The notes beneath the pieces are model-generated. The model was given only the letters and a program-made list of their open reading frames with translations. It was not told the DNA's origin and ran no database searches. Below are positions 1 through 8,651 of a stretch of DNA of 64,000 bases, in pieces. Source of the stretch: a virus (lineage: Duplodnaviria > Caudoviricetes); IMG/VR virus record IMGVR_UViG_3300010429_000387, positions 128,001 to 192,000 of that record; one strand, given 5' to 3'. Position 1 is the first letter of the stretch. Every line of letters starts with the position of its first letter. Made by a program: the position numbers and the translations under genes.

Positions 1-7
1 CGAGGGG

Positions 8-583
8 ATGGTTCCGGATTCAAGGTTCCGAGCTGCATTGGACCTTGCCATTCGAGATGTTGAGGGTGGCAAGTACGGCTCAGCCATTGATGCCAACCTC
101 TACAACATGCTCCTAGCGAAGCTCGCTGGGGAGTCCCAGACAGAGACACTTCTGACCATTCGTGAAGCCGCCTCAAACCGAACAGAGGGTACTGACATGA
201 CCATCAAGATCGCCAAGGAAGACGCAAACAAGGCTCTCAGCCGTATCGACCGTATCGCTGGGCTCATCCAGGCCAACGCAGAAAACTGGAAGATCCCCTT
301 TGAGACGGCCAAGGCCATTGTCAACGATCTTGACAAGACGGCGGACGAGATCGAGAAGTCGGCCTACGGTGCAGAGTCCCTCGCCAAGCGTCAGGTCGAA
401 GTCCTGAAGAACGCCAAGGTCCTTCAGCATGACTCGGACGAAGGCTACATGGGCACGTTCAATGCCCCGACGGCTCCCAAGCAGACCGACTCGGACGAGA
501 CCTATATGAGCCTTTTCAAGGATGACCAGACGGTCTCCGTGGTGGATGGCAAGTCCTCCACCGGCCGCCCCCTGGCTCCCTGA
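8..583 (+). CDS. 3' part of a head-associated hypothetical protein (reading frame enters from upstream; possible internal start at 197)
   Basis: Open frame from window edge; AGAGGGT precedes in-frame ATG 197; contains REAAS, KTA and KSA motifs; lies just upstream of the head module. Confidence 0.6.
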   Translation: MVPDSRFRAALDLAIRDVEGGKYGSAIDANLYNMLLAKLAGESQTETLLTIREAASNRTEGTDMTIKIAKEDANKALSRIDRIAGLIQANAENWKIPFETAKAIVNDLDKTADEIEKSAYGAESLAKRQVEVLKNAKVLQHDSDEGYMGTFNAPTAPKQTDSDETYMSLFKDDQTVSVVDGKSSTGRPLAP

Positions 584-628
584 GAGCGGACACGTAGAGA
601 CGCAACCTCTCGCCCGATTGGAGCTACC

Positions 629-1375
629 GTGGCTATCGACTACTGGAAACTGACAAAGGAGTTCACCCAAGGGGATTGTGTGCAGAAGCTCACGATCACC
701 ACGGGATTCCTGTCCCCTTACGTTGGTGCCGTCACCGCTGTCCACAAGGGCCTCGGTGTTGTCGATGTCCAGTGGCCGTTTGGCAACGAGCGTTGCTTCC
801 CCGATGACATTGTGAAGGTGAACCCCAAGTTCATGGCGTTCACCCCACCAGCATTCGACCAGAGCTATGTCACTGTCGAGATCGAGAGGGCTCGAAAGGA
901 GGCTTCCGCCTCTACCCTCTGGAGGAATCGTCAGTTCCAGCCCTCCGTCTACATCGAACTGGCTCGGTCCTGGCACAAGGGGGCGAGCGAGGTCATTGCC
1001 TATGATGACCTCTACCGTTCCATCCCCAACGTGGATGACGAGGCTCTCCGGGATGAGGTGTCGAAGTTCTACCGCTTCGCTGCCAATGCTGGGGAGCTTC
1101 GGATCCAGTCTCACATCCGGGACTGCTTCGAGAAGAATGCTGCCTACTGGGTAGCCCAGAATCGTCAGTACAGGGCCACAGGGGAAGACCTCAAGGCGGG
1201 GAAGCCTGCCTGCCCCAAGTGTGCCTCTCGGATGCGAAGGGCTACCTACAAGATGCACGAGGGGTCGAAGCACAAGGTCTTCGCCTGCCCCAAGTGCCTC
1301 TATCTCATTGACCCAGCCTCAATCCTTGGACCAGGCGGGGAACCCCATGACTGGTTCGGAACAGGTGGTATCTGA
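629..1375 (+). CDS. Hypothetical head-module protein with C-terminal Zn ribbon
   Basis: GTG start with GGAG RBS; CPKC...CPKC pair near the C-terminus. Confidence 0.7.
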   Translation: MAIDYWKLTKEFTQGDCVQKLTITTGFLSPYVGAVTAVHKGLGVVDVQWPFGNERCFPDDIVKVNPKFMAFTPPAFDQSYVTVEIERARKEASASTLWRNRQFQPSVYIELARSWHKGASEVIAYDDLYRSIPNVDDEALRDEVSKFYRFAANAGELRIQSHIRDCFEKNAAYWVAQNRQYRATGEDLKAGKPACPKCASRMRRATYKMHEGSKHKVFACPKCLYLIDPASILGPGGEPHDWFGTGGI

Positions 1376-1377
1376 CC

Positions 1378-3024
1378 ATGGGCTTCGCCAAGACTGCCAG
1401 GGCTAGGGTCACTCAACCGGTCATCAACCAGGCTGGGTGGGTGGACATTCGCTCGAAGGCGTCTTTCCCGGTACCTTCGTTTGAATTGAGGAGTGCTGCT
1501 CAGGTTGTCCTTCAACAGTACGACCCTGCACAGTACCTCCTGTCCCATTGTACCATCATCGCCTCGGTTGACACTGAGAACCCTGGACTCCCCACCGGGG
1601 TCCAGATGTACGACGGAACTCAGATCAACCGGAAATACCCCGACTACCAAGTCACCCTCGGCACCACCAAGTACATCAACAACAACAACGATTGCTGGGA
1701 GCGCAAGCTCCTCCTGGCTTCGTTCCGTACTTTCATTGGTGGTGAGAACTACGTTGAGCACATCCAGATCCCCGAACTCTCCAAGGGGAAGATCATTGAT
1801 GCTGCTGCCCGTGACATCGGTGACTCGGTCTACGTAGACATCTTGATTGCCACTGACCGCAAGCACAAGCCTCTGATTGAGGCTATCACCAGCGGTCAGC
1901 TCAGCACCCTTTCAATGGGGTGTCACGTTGGTTTCACCATCTGTACGAAGTGCGGCAACGTTGCTGAGGATGAGACCCAGCTCTGCCGCCACATCAAGTA
2001 CGAGAAGGGCAATGTCTTCCTAGACTCCAGGGGCCAGCGACGGAAGGTTGCTGAGCTATGCGGGCACATCACGGCCGAACCGGGTTCGGTCAAGTTCATT
2101 GAAGGCAGTTGGGTTGCCAATCCTGCCTTTGCTGGGGCCGTCCTACGGGCCATTCTGGACCCCAAGACTGCTCTTCTGGCTGAAGCTGCCAGGCAGAAGA
2201 TTCAAGTTGCGTTCTCTCGACCAGTAGAGGTTTTCGACTCCTCCTCAATGCAGAAGGCTGCCAGGATTGCCCCGATTGGAGTTGGTGCAAAGGCTGTCCC
2301 ATCGGACCACCTTGCCTACCTCTATGATGGGCCTTCACTTGGGGCACTCAAGGCCCCCCCAGCCTTCTCTGGGTCTGCCAAGGCATCTGAGGCTCGTGAG
2401 GCTCGTTTGAGCCAGATCACGTCAGCTCAGCAGGACTTCCCAGGTCAGGCTGAGCTGAGTGTGGAGCAGAAGGGTCCAGCCCCAGAAGAGGATGGGAACC
2501 CTTTCAAGAAGACCATTGATGACCTCTACAAGTCTCTCGTTGACGAGGTGACTCAGAAGGTTCGCAAGGACCTGTCTCAGGTGGAACAAGACAAAACCAG
2601 AGGCATCCTTGACGAGAATCGCTCGAATCAATCACTCATCAAGTCGGCTATGCGCTACCCCAAGTGGCGTGAGCGGGCGAAGGTGGTTTTGGCTACCGTG
2701 CGAGAGCCCACCAAGGCTCAAAGCATCCTAGCTGGCCTCATTCTCCATGACTTCGGTGGGTGGGAAGCCGTAGCTTCGACCCGACGTTTCACCGGACGTG
2801 AGATTCTTGTTATAGACCGGTTTCTGACACGGATGACCAAGAAGTCTTCCATGGCAGGGGACGGTAGGGTCTACCGCACCGTAATCGCTGTAGGCGGTAC
2901 GGCACCATACGCAGATGTAAATGCCTACCTCACGGCTTGTCGTGGGGTTATGGGCCGTACACCGACAGGGTCCGAGAGGACTCAGCTCTTGGAGAAGGGC
3001 AAACTTTTTGCTCTCGGCCTCTAA
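1378..3024 (+). CDS. Prohead (capsid maturation) serine protease with C-terminal extension
   Basis: NYVEH His motif, GKIIDA, LSMGC Ser motif followed by CTKC, IEGSWVANPAF; position upstream of scaffold, decoration and capsid genes. Confidence 0.75.
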   Translation: MGFAKTARARVTQPVINQAGWVDIRSKASFPVPSFELRSAAQVVLQQYDPAQYLLSHCTIIASVDTENPGLPTGVQMYDGTQINRKYPDYQVTLGTTKYINNNNDCWERKLLLASFRTFIGGENYVEHIQIPELSKGKIIDAAARDIGDSVYVDILIATDRKHKPLIEAITSGQLSTLSMGCHVGFTICTKCGNVAEDETQLCRHIKYEKGNVFLDSRGQRRKVAELCGHITAEPGSVKFIEGSWVANPAFAGAVLRAILDPKTALLAEAARQKIQVAFSRPVEVFDSSSMQKAARIAPIGVGAKAVPSDHLAYLYDGPSLGALKAPPAFSGSAKASEAREARLSQITSAQQDFPGQAELSVEQKGPAPEEDGNPFKKTIDDLYKSLVDEVTQKVRKDLSQVEQDKTRGILDENRSNQSLIKSAMRYPKWRERAKVVLATVREPTKAQSILAGLILHDFGGWEAVASTRRFTGREILVIDRFLTRMTKKSSMAGDGRVYRTVIAVGGTAPYADVNAYLTACRGVMGRTPTGSERTQLLEKGKLFALGL

Positions 3025-3070
3025 GGAACTTTTTATACGAGTCCTCGATTCAAGGAAAGGATCTCCCTCC

Positions 3071-4348
3071 ATGCCCCGTGAGCGCACTACTTGGAACCGC
3101 ACAGAAATCGCAAGGACGGCTGGCCTCAAGGTTGCCGATCCCTACACCATGAACCAGGATCACCCGCAACCGAAAGCGGATGCGTATGTGACTGGGGATC
3201 CCTCTTCCTTTGGTGAGGATGTTCATCCTGCCAACGGGACCTGGGAAGCTGAGTACGCAGGAGGGCAGGTCAAGAGGAACGAGATCGGGATGCCGGAGAT
3301 GAGGGGTGATACCTTCAACCATCCCGAGAAGACCGCCTCTGAAGAGGTCCTGACCAAGAAGGCGGCTCTCTGTGTCGCCATCGCTCGGGCGATCCTCCCC
3401 AAGACGGCATCCTCCACCGAGATCGAAGACCAGTCCCTTTCCTTCATGCACCTTCCCGACTCAGAGGTCATGAGCACCTACACCCGACTGGCACAGGACC
3501 AGAAGGAAGGTCAGGAGGAGCAGGCCCAGGCTCAGCAGAAGCAGGGTGGCGAGATGCCTCCCCAGTTCAAGGAGAACGCTGAGAAGAAGAAGGAAGAGGC
3601 CGAGGCCAAGAAGGAGCAGGACAAGAAGGCTCAGGACCAGAAGGAAGGTCAGGGACAGCAGGATCAGGCTCAGGGACAGCAGAAGCAGGCTCAGCAGGAG
3701 CAGATCGCCCAGCTCCAGCAGCAGGCTCAGCAGATCCAGCAGCAGATCGCCCAGCTCCAGCAGCAAGCTCAGGCCCAGCAGCAGGCTCCTGTCGCCCAGG
3801 GTCAGCAGGTCCAGAGCCAGGCTCAGCAGGTTGCCCAGGCAGTCCAGCAAGCCATCGCTCAGGGTCAGGACCCAGTCCAGGCCGTTCAACAGATCATGCA
3901 GCAGCAGGTCCCTGTTGCCCAGCAGCAGGCTCCTATCGGACAGGATGCTGAACTCATCGACGCCATGCTTGCTCAGGACCCCATCCAGGCCCCCACGGCT
4001 GAGATGGAGATCCAGATCGAGACACCCTCGATGGATGTTGGTGAAGTCCAGCTTGGACCGGAGGATGATGTCCTCAACCAGCTCTTCGCCAGCAATGCTG
4101 AAGTTCGTCTGGCCCAGCAGGCTCAGGGACAGGACCCAGACCAGGATCAGGGTCAGGCCCAGCAGAAGCAGGCCCATGTGGTCCGCACTGCCTCCATGCG
4201 TACCGTCGGGACTCGTCCCACTGGTGGCGTGAGCCAGATTGGTGGCCTCCCCTCAGCCGGTTCTTCTGGTGGTGGGGACAAGCTGTCGAGCCTCTGGAAC
4301 TCGGCACCCGATGTTCGTGAGGCATTTGGCCTTCCGACAAACCGATGA
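3071..4348 (+). CDS. Putative scaffolding protein, Gln-rich
   Basis: AAGGAAAGGA RBS before ATG 3071; long Q/E/A-rich helical region; sits between protease and decoration/capsid genes. Confidence 0.65.
   Translation: MPRERTTWNRTEIARTAGLKVADPYTMNQDHPQPKADAYVTGDPSSFGEDVHPANGTWEAEYAGGQVKRNEIGMPEMRGDTFNHPEKTASEEVLTKKAALCVAIARAILPKTASSTEIEDQSLSFMHLPDSEVMSTYTRLAQDQKEGQEEQAQAQQKQGGEMPPQFKENAEKKKEEAEAKKEQDKKAQDQKEGQGQQDQAQGQQKQAQQEQIAQLQQQAQQIQQQIAQLQQQAQAQQQAPVAQGQQVQSQAQQVAQAVQQAIAQGQDPVQAVQQIMQQQVPVAQQQAPIGQDAELIDAMLAQDPIQAPTAEMEIQIETPSMDVGEVQLGPEDDVLNQLFASNAEVRLAQQAQGQDPDQDQGQAQQKQAHVVRTASMRTVGTRPTGGVSQIGGLPSAGSSGGGDKLSSLWNSAPDVREAFGLPTNR
3490..3930 (+). repeat. Low-complexity CAG-rich (poly-Gln) coding repeat
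   Basis: Repeated CAGATCGCCCAGCTCCAGCAGCA and CAGGACCAGAAGGAAGGTCAG units. Confidence 0.8.
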
Positions 4349-4355
4349 ATCTACT

Positions 4356-4386
4356 TGTACGGGGACTCTAGGTGAGTCCCCGTACA
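4356..4386 (+). other. Perfect 13-bp hairpin upstream of the decoration/capsid genes
   Basis: TGTACGGGGACTC-taggt-GAGTCCCCGTACA; no U-tract. Confidence 0.7.
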
Positions 4387-4415
4387 GTGAGACTCCCTCA
4401 ACCCTCTGGGTTGCC

Positions 4416-4433
4416 TAGATGTAGATGAAGATG
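4416..4433 (+). promoter_or_regulatory. AGAT-repeat leader element
   Basis: TAGATGTAGATGAAGATG; the same motif recurs at 11509, 30411, 44316 and 58275. Confidence 0.6.
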
Positions 4434-4470
4434 CGAAGGACCCCCAACTTTTCCGCCAAAGGAGTAACAC

Positions 4471-5094
4471 ATGTCGCTACGCGGACAAAGCTCGGGAGAC
4501 TTCAGGGAGACTAGCGGTCGAGTGCAGCTCTTCCATGTCGTCACACGCAACAGCGTGGGCGCCCTGGTAGCAGATGCGTTCACCCAGGACAACCCGGTCG
4601 TCTACACGAGCGCCAACGTCAAGTCCACCACCCTCACGGGTATCACCAAGAAGGGCGTTCTTGGTGGCTCGGTGGCATTCACTCGCCCTCAGGCCGGGAA
4701 CAACGTCATTGGTGGACCCTCTGTCACCGCTGGCCCAGCATTCCTTGCTGGCATCCGCCCCCTCGGCATCTTCATCAATGATGCAGTGGGCAACGCCTAC
4801 GAGAACACTCCCGGACCAGCCTCCGGTCGTGGACCGTATGTCTCGGGCTCCGGCTCGACCATTGGCGTCACCCTCTACGAGACTCAGAAGCTCCAGGGTG
4901 CTGGTGCTGGTGATGCTCTCACGTACACCCCCGGACAGAAGCTCTACGCCTCTGCCAACGGACTCCTCACGAACCGGATCGAGGACGCATACGAGTACCT
5001 TCAGGGTGACACCACGGGCGTCACTGTGATGGGCATCGTCAAGGCTGCTCCGGACGCCAACACCCCCATGCTCGTGCTGGACCTCCGAGTCTGA
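4471..5094 (+). CDS. Putative head decoration/cement protein
   Basis: AAGGAG RBS; about 200-aa beta-rich protein (RPLGIF, YTPGQKLYASANGLLT, VMGIV) directly upstream of the major capsid gene. Confidence 0.65.
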   Translation: MSLRGQSSGDFRETSGRVQLFHVVTRNSVGALVADAFTQDNPVVYTSANVKSTTLTGITKKGVLGGSVAFTRPQAGNNVIGGPSVTAGPAFLAGIRPLGIFINDAVGNAYENTPGPASGRGPYVSGSGSTIGVTLYETQKLQGAGAGDALTYTPGQKLYASANGLLTNRIEDAYEYLQGDTTGVTVMGIVKAAPDANTPMLVLDLRV

Positions 5095-5117
5095 GCAGAA
5101 AGGAATTAGGCACGAAC

Positions 5118-5990
5118 ATGGTAACCAACGAGATCAAGCAACAGATCATCTCGGAGTACATCAAGACTGCCGCTGGCCGAGCCAAGCTGGCTGCCTCGAT
5201 GATCCAGCCCCTCCGCCTCCGTCGTGACTACACGGCAGTGGGTCGCAAGACCTTCCTTGTCGAGCAGTTGCCTGACGGAGCACTCCCGATCTATGACAAG
5301 GATCCGGATGTGACCGCCTACGTCGTGGGTGAGGAAGGTGAGAACATTCTCGCCATCCAGAAGCCTCGCCGGGTCATCTTCCCCTTGTTCGAGATCGCCT
5401 CGAACCCGGAGATCCCCCTCACCCAGATCAAGGAGCGTCGCTTCGATCTGATTGAGAGGGCTCAGGACCTCGCCAAGGCCCAGATCCAGGCTGCTGAGGA
5501 TGAGCGTGTGTTTGCGGTTCTGGACAGCATTGCTGTCTCGGGCTTCGACACCCTCCCCGGCCAGACCAACCCGGACATCAACGTGGTTGCCCCCATCTCT
5601 CCGAGCGTCCTCGCTGACGCATTCGCTGAGGTGGAGCGTCACGACCTCCGAGTTGCCAGGATCTACATGAATGCGACGGACTATGCGGACATCCGCAAGT
5701 TCGGTCGTGACATCCTGGACATCGAGAGCCAGGCCGTTCTGCTCAAGACTGGTCTCCAGGCCACCCTCTGGGGCGCCCAGATCATCACGAGCCGTCTGGT
5801 CCCTGCTGGCTTCGTGTACATCGCTGCTGAGCCCGAGAACTTCGGTCGCTTCCCCGTCCGCACGGAACTCACCGTTCTGTCGGCCGACGACCCCAAGGCT
5901 CGGACCATCGGCTTCTCCTGCTTCGAGAACGTCGGCATCGGCGCCTTCAACCCCCGTGGCCTCACCCGCCTGGTGGTTACCCGAGTCTGA
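5118..5990 (+). CDS. Major capsid protein (HK97-like fold, short)
   Basis: Strong codon bias; E-loop-like segment (FLVEQLPDGALPIYDKD...VGEEG), spine helix (LIERAQDLAKAQIQAAEDERVF), C-terminal FENVGIGAFNPRG; followed by a terminator. Confidence 0.85.
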   Translation: MVTNEIKQQIISEYIKTAAGRAKLAASMIQPLRLRRDYTAVGRKTFLVEQLPDGALPIYDKDPDVTAYVVGEEGENILAIQKPRRVIFPLFEIASNPEIPLTQIKERRFDLIERAQDLAKAQIQAAEDERVFAVLDSIAVSGFDTLPGQTNPDINVVAPISPSVLADAFAEVERHDLRVARIYMNATDYADIRKFGRDILDIESQAVLLKTGLQATLWGAQIITSRLVPAGFVYIAAEPENFGRFPVRTELTVLSADDPKARTIGFSCFENVGIGAFNPRGLTRLVVTRV

Positions 5991-6016
5991 TTCAGTCCTC
6001 GGACGTAGTCCCCTGG

Positions 6017-6053
6017 AAGGCCAGCCTGGAAACAGGTTGGCCTTTCGGCTTTT
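6017..6053 (+). terminator. Rho-independent terminator after capsid gene
   Basis: AAGGCCAGCCTG-GAAA-CAGGTTGGCCTT stem then T-rich tract. Confidence 0.75.
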
Positions 6054-6264
6054 CTGGACCCGCCCTCCGAGTGTTACCGGGTAGTTACGAGCCTAGGAGG
6101 GGTACCCGGTTTTCGGCTAGACGGGTACCTCAACTTCAGGTCAGTAGCCTGAGGTTGCCCATGGTTTCAGGCACTTATCTGCCATTTCAAGGCGGAAACT
6201 AACTTTTTTCACCTCGGCACCAGGACCCCCCTCGATTACCCCTGGTTCTGGTGTACCTCGGGGC

Positions 6265-6669
6265 ATGGGCATCCTCACCACCGTAGCTGAAGCGCTCCAC
6301 TTGCTTGGGAAGGCCATTGACCCCCAAGCCATCACGAAGGTCCACTTTGACTTCGACCACTCCCCATCAGACCTGCCCGGTCAGGTGATCTGGAAGTTCA
6401 AGGCTACCCTACTAGGCTCCAAGGAGATTGGAGATGAGGGTGCTGAGATAGCCTTCAAGCAGGAGTGGGTGGGGGAGGGCACTACGGAAGAGGAAGCTCT
6501 CTCGGTGGCTCACAAGATCATCGTGGAACACCTTCAGTCCTTCTTGCAGCTACGGCAAGAAGAGGCTAAGTACGCAGAACAAGCGATGATGACGGCTTGC
6601 TCCCAGCAACCAGACCTAGCTTCGATGTGGCCCGCTGCTGACCCAGTGGACCAGGGGGCGTGTGGGTAA
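6265..6669 (+). CDS. Hypothetical protein (probably leaderless)
   Basis: 134-aa ORF; TGGTGTA motif 9 nt before ATG; no SD. Confidence 0.6.
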   Translation: MGILTTVAEALHLLGKAIDPQAITKVHFDFDHSPSDLPGQVIWKFKATLLGSKEIGDEGAEIAFKQEWVGEGTTEEEALSVAHKIIVEHLQSFLQLRQEEAKYAEQAMMTACSQQPDLASMWPAADPVDQGACG

Positions 6670-6711
6670 TAGGTACCTACAGTCTCAATTTCACCTAGCC
6701 AACGTTGACCC

Positions 6712-6720
6712 GTCGGTGTA
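6712..6720 (+). promoter_or_regulatory. GTCGGTGTA promoter-like motif
   Basis: Identical 9-mer also intergenic at 7220 and 54809. Confidence 0.5.
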
Positions 6721-6788
6721 AAGCTGAGAGCCTACAAGCACACCAGAGTGCCCTCGGTAAGACCTCTCAGAGATCGGAAGGAACCCAA

Positions 6789-7139
6789 ATGACCAAGACA
6801 CAGTTGATCAATGCCGTTGCAGATGAGATGGAAGGGACCACCAAGACTCACGTCCGTGCATTCCTTGCTGCCCTGAACACGGTGGCAGGAAAGACCCTCA
6901 AGAAGGAGGGCAAGTTCGTCCTGCCCGGAGTCGTGAAGTTCGTCCTGGTGAAGGTTGCGGCAAAGCCGGAGCGCAAGGCCAGGAATCCTGCAACGGGAGC
7001 CATCATGACGGTTCCGCCGAAGGCCGCCAGCAAGAAGCTCAAGGCCCGTTTCCTCAAGGCCATCAAGGTCGAGGTGGGTCAGCTCCCCCCTTCGCAGCCC
7101 AAGGCCAAGAAGGCTCCTGCCAAGAAGGCCGCCAAGTAA
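6789..7139 (+). CDS. hup: HU/IHF-family DNA-binding protein with K/A/P-rich tail
   Basis: MTKTQLINAVA...LPGVVKF...RKARNPATG HU signature; GGAAGGA RBS before 6789. Confidence 0.9.
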   Translation: MTKTQLINAVADEMEGTTKTHVRAFLAALNTVAGKTLKKEGKFVLPGVVKFVLVKVAAKPERKARNPATGAIMTVPPKAASKKLKARFLKAIKVEVGQLPPSQPKAKKAPAKKAAK

Positions 7140-7159
7140 AGGGCGGTTTCTCCGAGAGG

Positions 7160-7207
7160 TACCGTGGGTTGAGAAACCCTCAACCCACGGTAGTCCTTCT
7201 CAAGTTT
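7160..7207 (+). terminator. Perfect 14-bp hairpin after HU (likely terminator)
   Basis: TACCGTGGGTTGAG-aaacc-CTCAACCCACGGTA. Confidence 0.65.
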
Positions 7208-7281
7208 TCAAGTATGTAGGTCGGTGTAGTCACTAAAGTCCTTGTCTATAGGCCCCCTATGAAGCCAGGAGGCCAAACAAG

Positions 7282-8601
7282 ATGACAACCGATCAGATCA
7301 GATTCACACCAGGCAAGCCCGACCGTTACATCTCCACCAAGTCGTTCCAGCTCGGAAATACCGGGCAGAGTGTGTTGGACGGGATGGAGATCATGTTCGA
7401 TGGAACCAACGTCGAACTGAACGGCAGTAAGTTCGTTCTCCCCACCCTTCGTGGTGCAATCAAGCTCGGGTGGCTTGTGAGGGAGGACTGCTACAACCCG
7501 GATGACGCCCCCCCAGCGGCAATCTCCGCTAACATCGGGGTCAGGTCTGCCAACGACCTTGGGCAGAATCCTCTCAGCCCTGCCAAGAGGAGTGCCATCG
7601 TTACCGTCGAGTCTGACGAGCGAGTGGTCATGTCCCGTGGGCAGAGGACTCAGCAGGCGAACCAGCAGACCCAGAACGTCCGAGCCAGCCAGGGTCGAGC
7701 GGGTGCCTTCGTGGCCCGTGGGAACGCTCCTGACGTGGGTGGGGCTGAGTTCGGAGTGGAGGTTCAGAGGACCTTCCAGACCCCTGCCAAGATGGGTATG
7801 GAACTGACCCCCAACAACGTGGGGAGCGCCATTCGTCAGGCAGACCAGGTGAAGATTCAACCAGGTCAGGGGGTGACTGAAGAGGACCTTGTCTCTCAGA
7901 TGGACGAGGGGCAGAGGGCTCAATACTTCGCTGAGAAGGAAGCCCGCAAGGCCGATGTGCTGACTCGGACCCCTGGGTATGTCCCCCCTCCAGCGGTCAC
8001 CACTAACCTGGCCTCTTACAACCAGCCAGGGATGAAGCGCCAAGAGGCCCCTGCAAAGGCCCCAGCTCGCTCTGTGACGGCCTCTGCCCCGGTTCAGGTG
8101 GGTCGAGTGGCTCCAACCCAATCTCGAACCGTGGAGGGCATCTCTGTGGGCGTGACCACAGGTGGTGGCACCGAGGTGTTCGATGCCTCAGGGACCGATC
8201 AGAAGGCCCAGGAGACCCTGGTGACGGCAGAGGGCATCACGTTCCGGAACACCAACGGACCCAAGAAGGCGTTCCCAGGGGTGGTTCCGATGAACCCAGC
8301 TCCGGCCCCTGCTCCCGTCCAGGAGATTTCTGCCTCTCAGCTCCCCACCGGATACCAGGAAGACACCCAGTCTCGTATCGAGCGGGATGGGACAGCCGAT
8401 GCTCGAAAGAGCATTGCCAAGGCCATCTGCAAGGACTTCCCCGAGGAGTACAACTTCTCGGACCACTGGAAGCGTCGTCTTGCTATGGTCCGCCTCAACT
8501 TCGAGGGCCGGACTGACGTGATTCGGGCCATCTTCGCCGCTGAGTCTGATGACTTCAAGAGGGTCATCATGGAAGAGTTCCCCGAGGCGTTCCAATCCTG
8601 A
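7282..8601 (+). CDS. Hypothetical protein (folded N- and C-terminal domains, Q/P/A-rich middle)
   Basis: AGGAGG RBS; 439-aa ORF with phage-like codon usage. Confidence 0.75.
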   Translation: MTTDQIRFTPGKPDRYISTKSFQLGNTGQSVLDGMEIMFDGTNVELNGSKFVLPTLRGAIKLGWLVREDCYNPDDAPPAAISANIGVRSANDLGQNPLSPAKRSAIVTVESDERVVMSRGQRTQQANQQTQNVRASQGRAGAFVARGNAPDVGGAEFGVEVQRTFQTPAKMGMELTPNNVGSAIRQADQVKIQPGQGVTEEDLVSQMDEGQRAQYFAEKEARKADVLTRTPGYVPPPAVTTNLASYNQPGMKRQEAPAKAPARSVTASAPVQVGRVAPTQSRTVEGISVGVTTGGGTEVFDASGTDQKAQETLVTAEGITFRNTNGPKKAFPGVVPMNPAPAPAPVQEISASQLPTGYQEDTQSRIERDGTADARKSIAKAICKDFPEEYNFSDHWKRRLAMVRLNFEGRTDVIRAIFAAESDDFKRVIMEEFPEAFQS

Positions 8602-8651
8602 TCAGCCTACGCTAGTCCTCTTGTAGCTCGCTCGTTTCGACGAGGAGCTGC

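Noticed and set aside
2921-3070. Upstream extensions of ORFs called at 2921, 6705, 16565, 39686, 41441, 49570 and 50859
   Set aside because: They overlap upstream genes or promoter motifs; downstream ATGs have better SD or coupling
5118-5990. Encapsulin nanocompartment operon (short HK97 shell plus ferritin-like gene)
   Set aside because: Protease, scaffold, neck, sheath, tube and tape measure genes show a complete tailed virion
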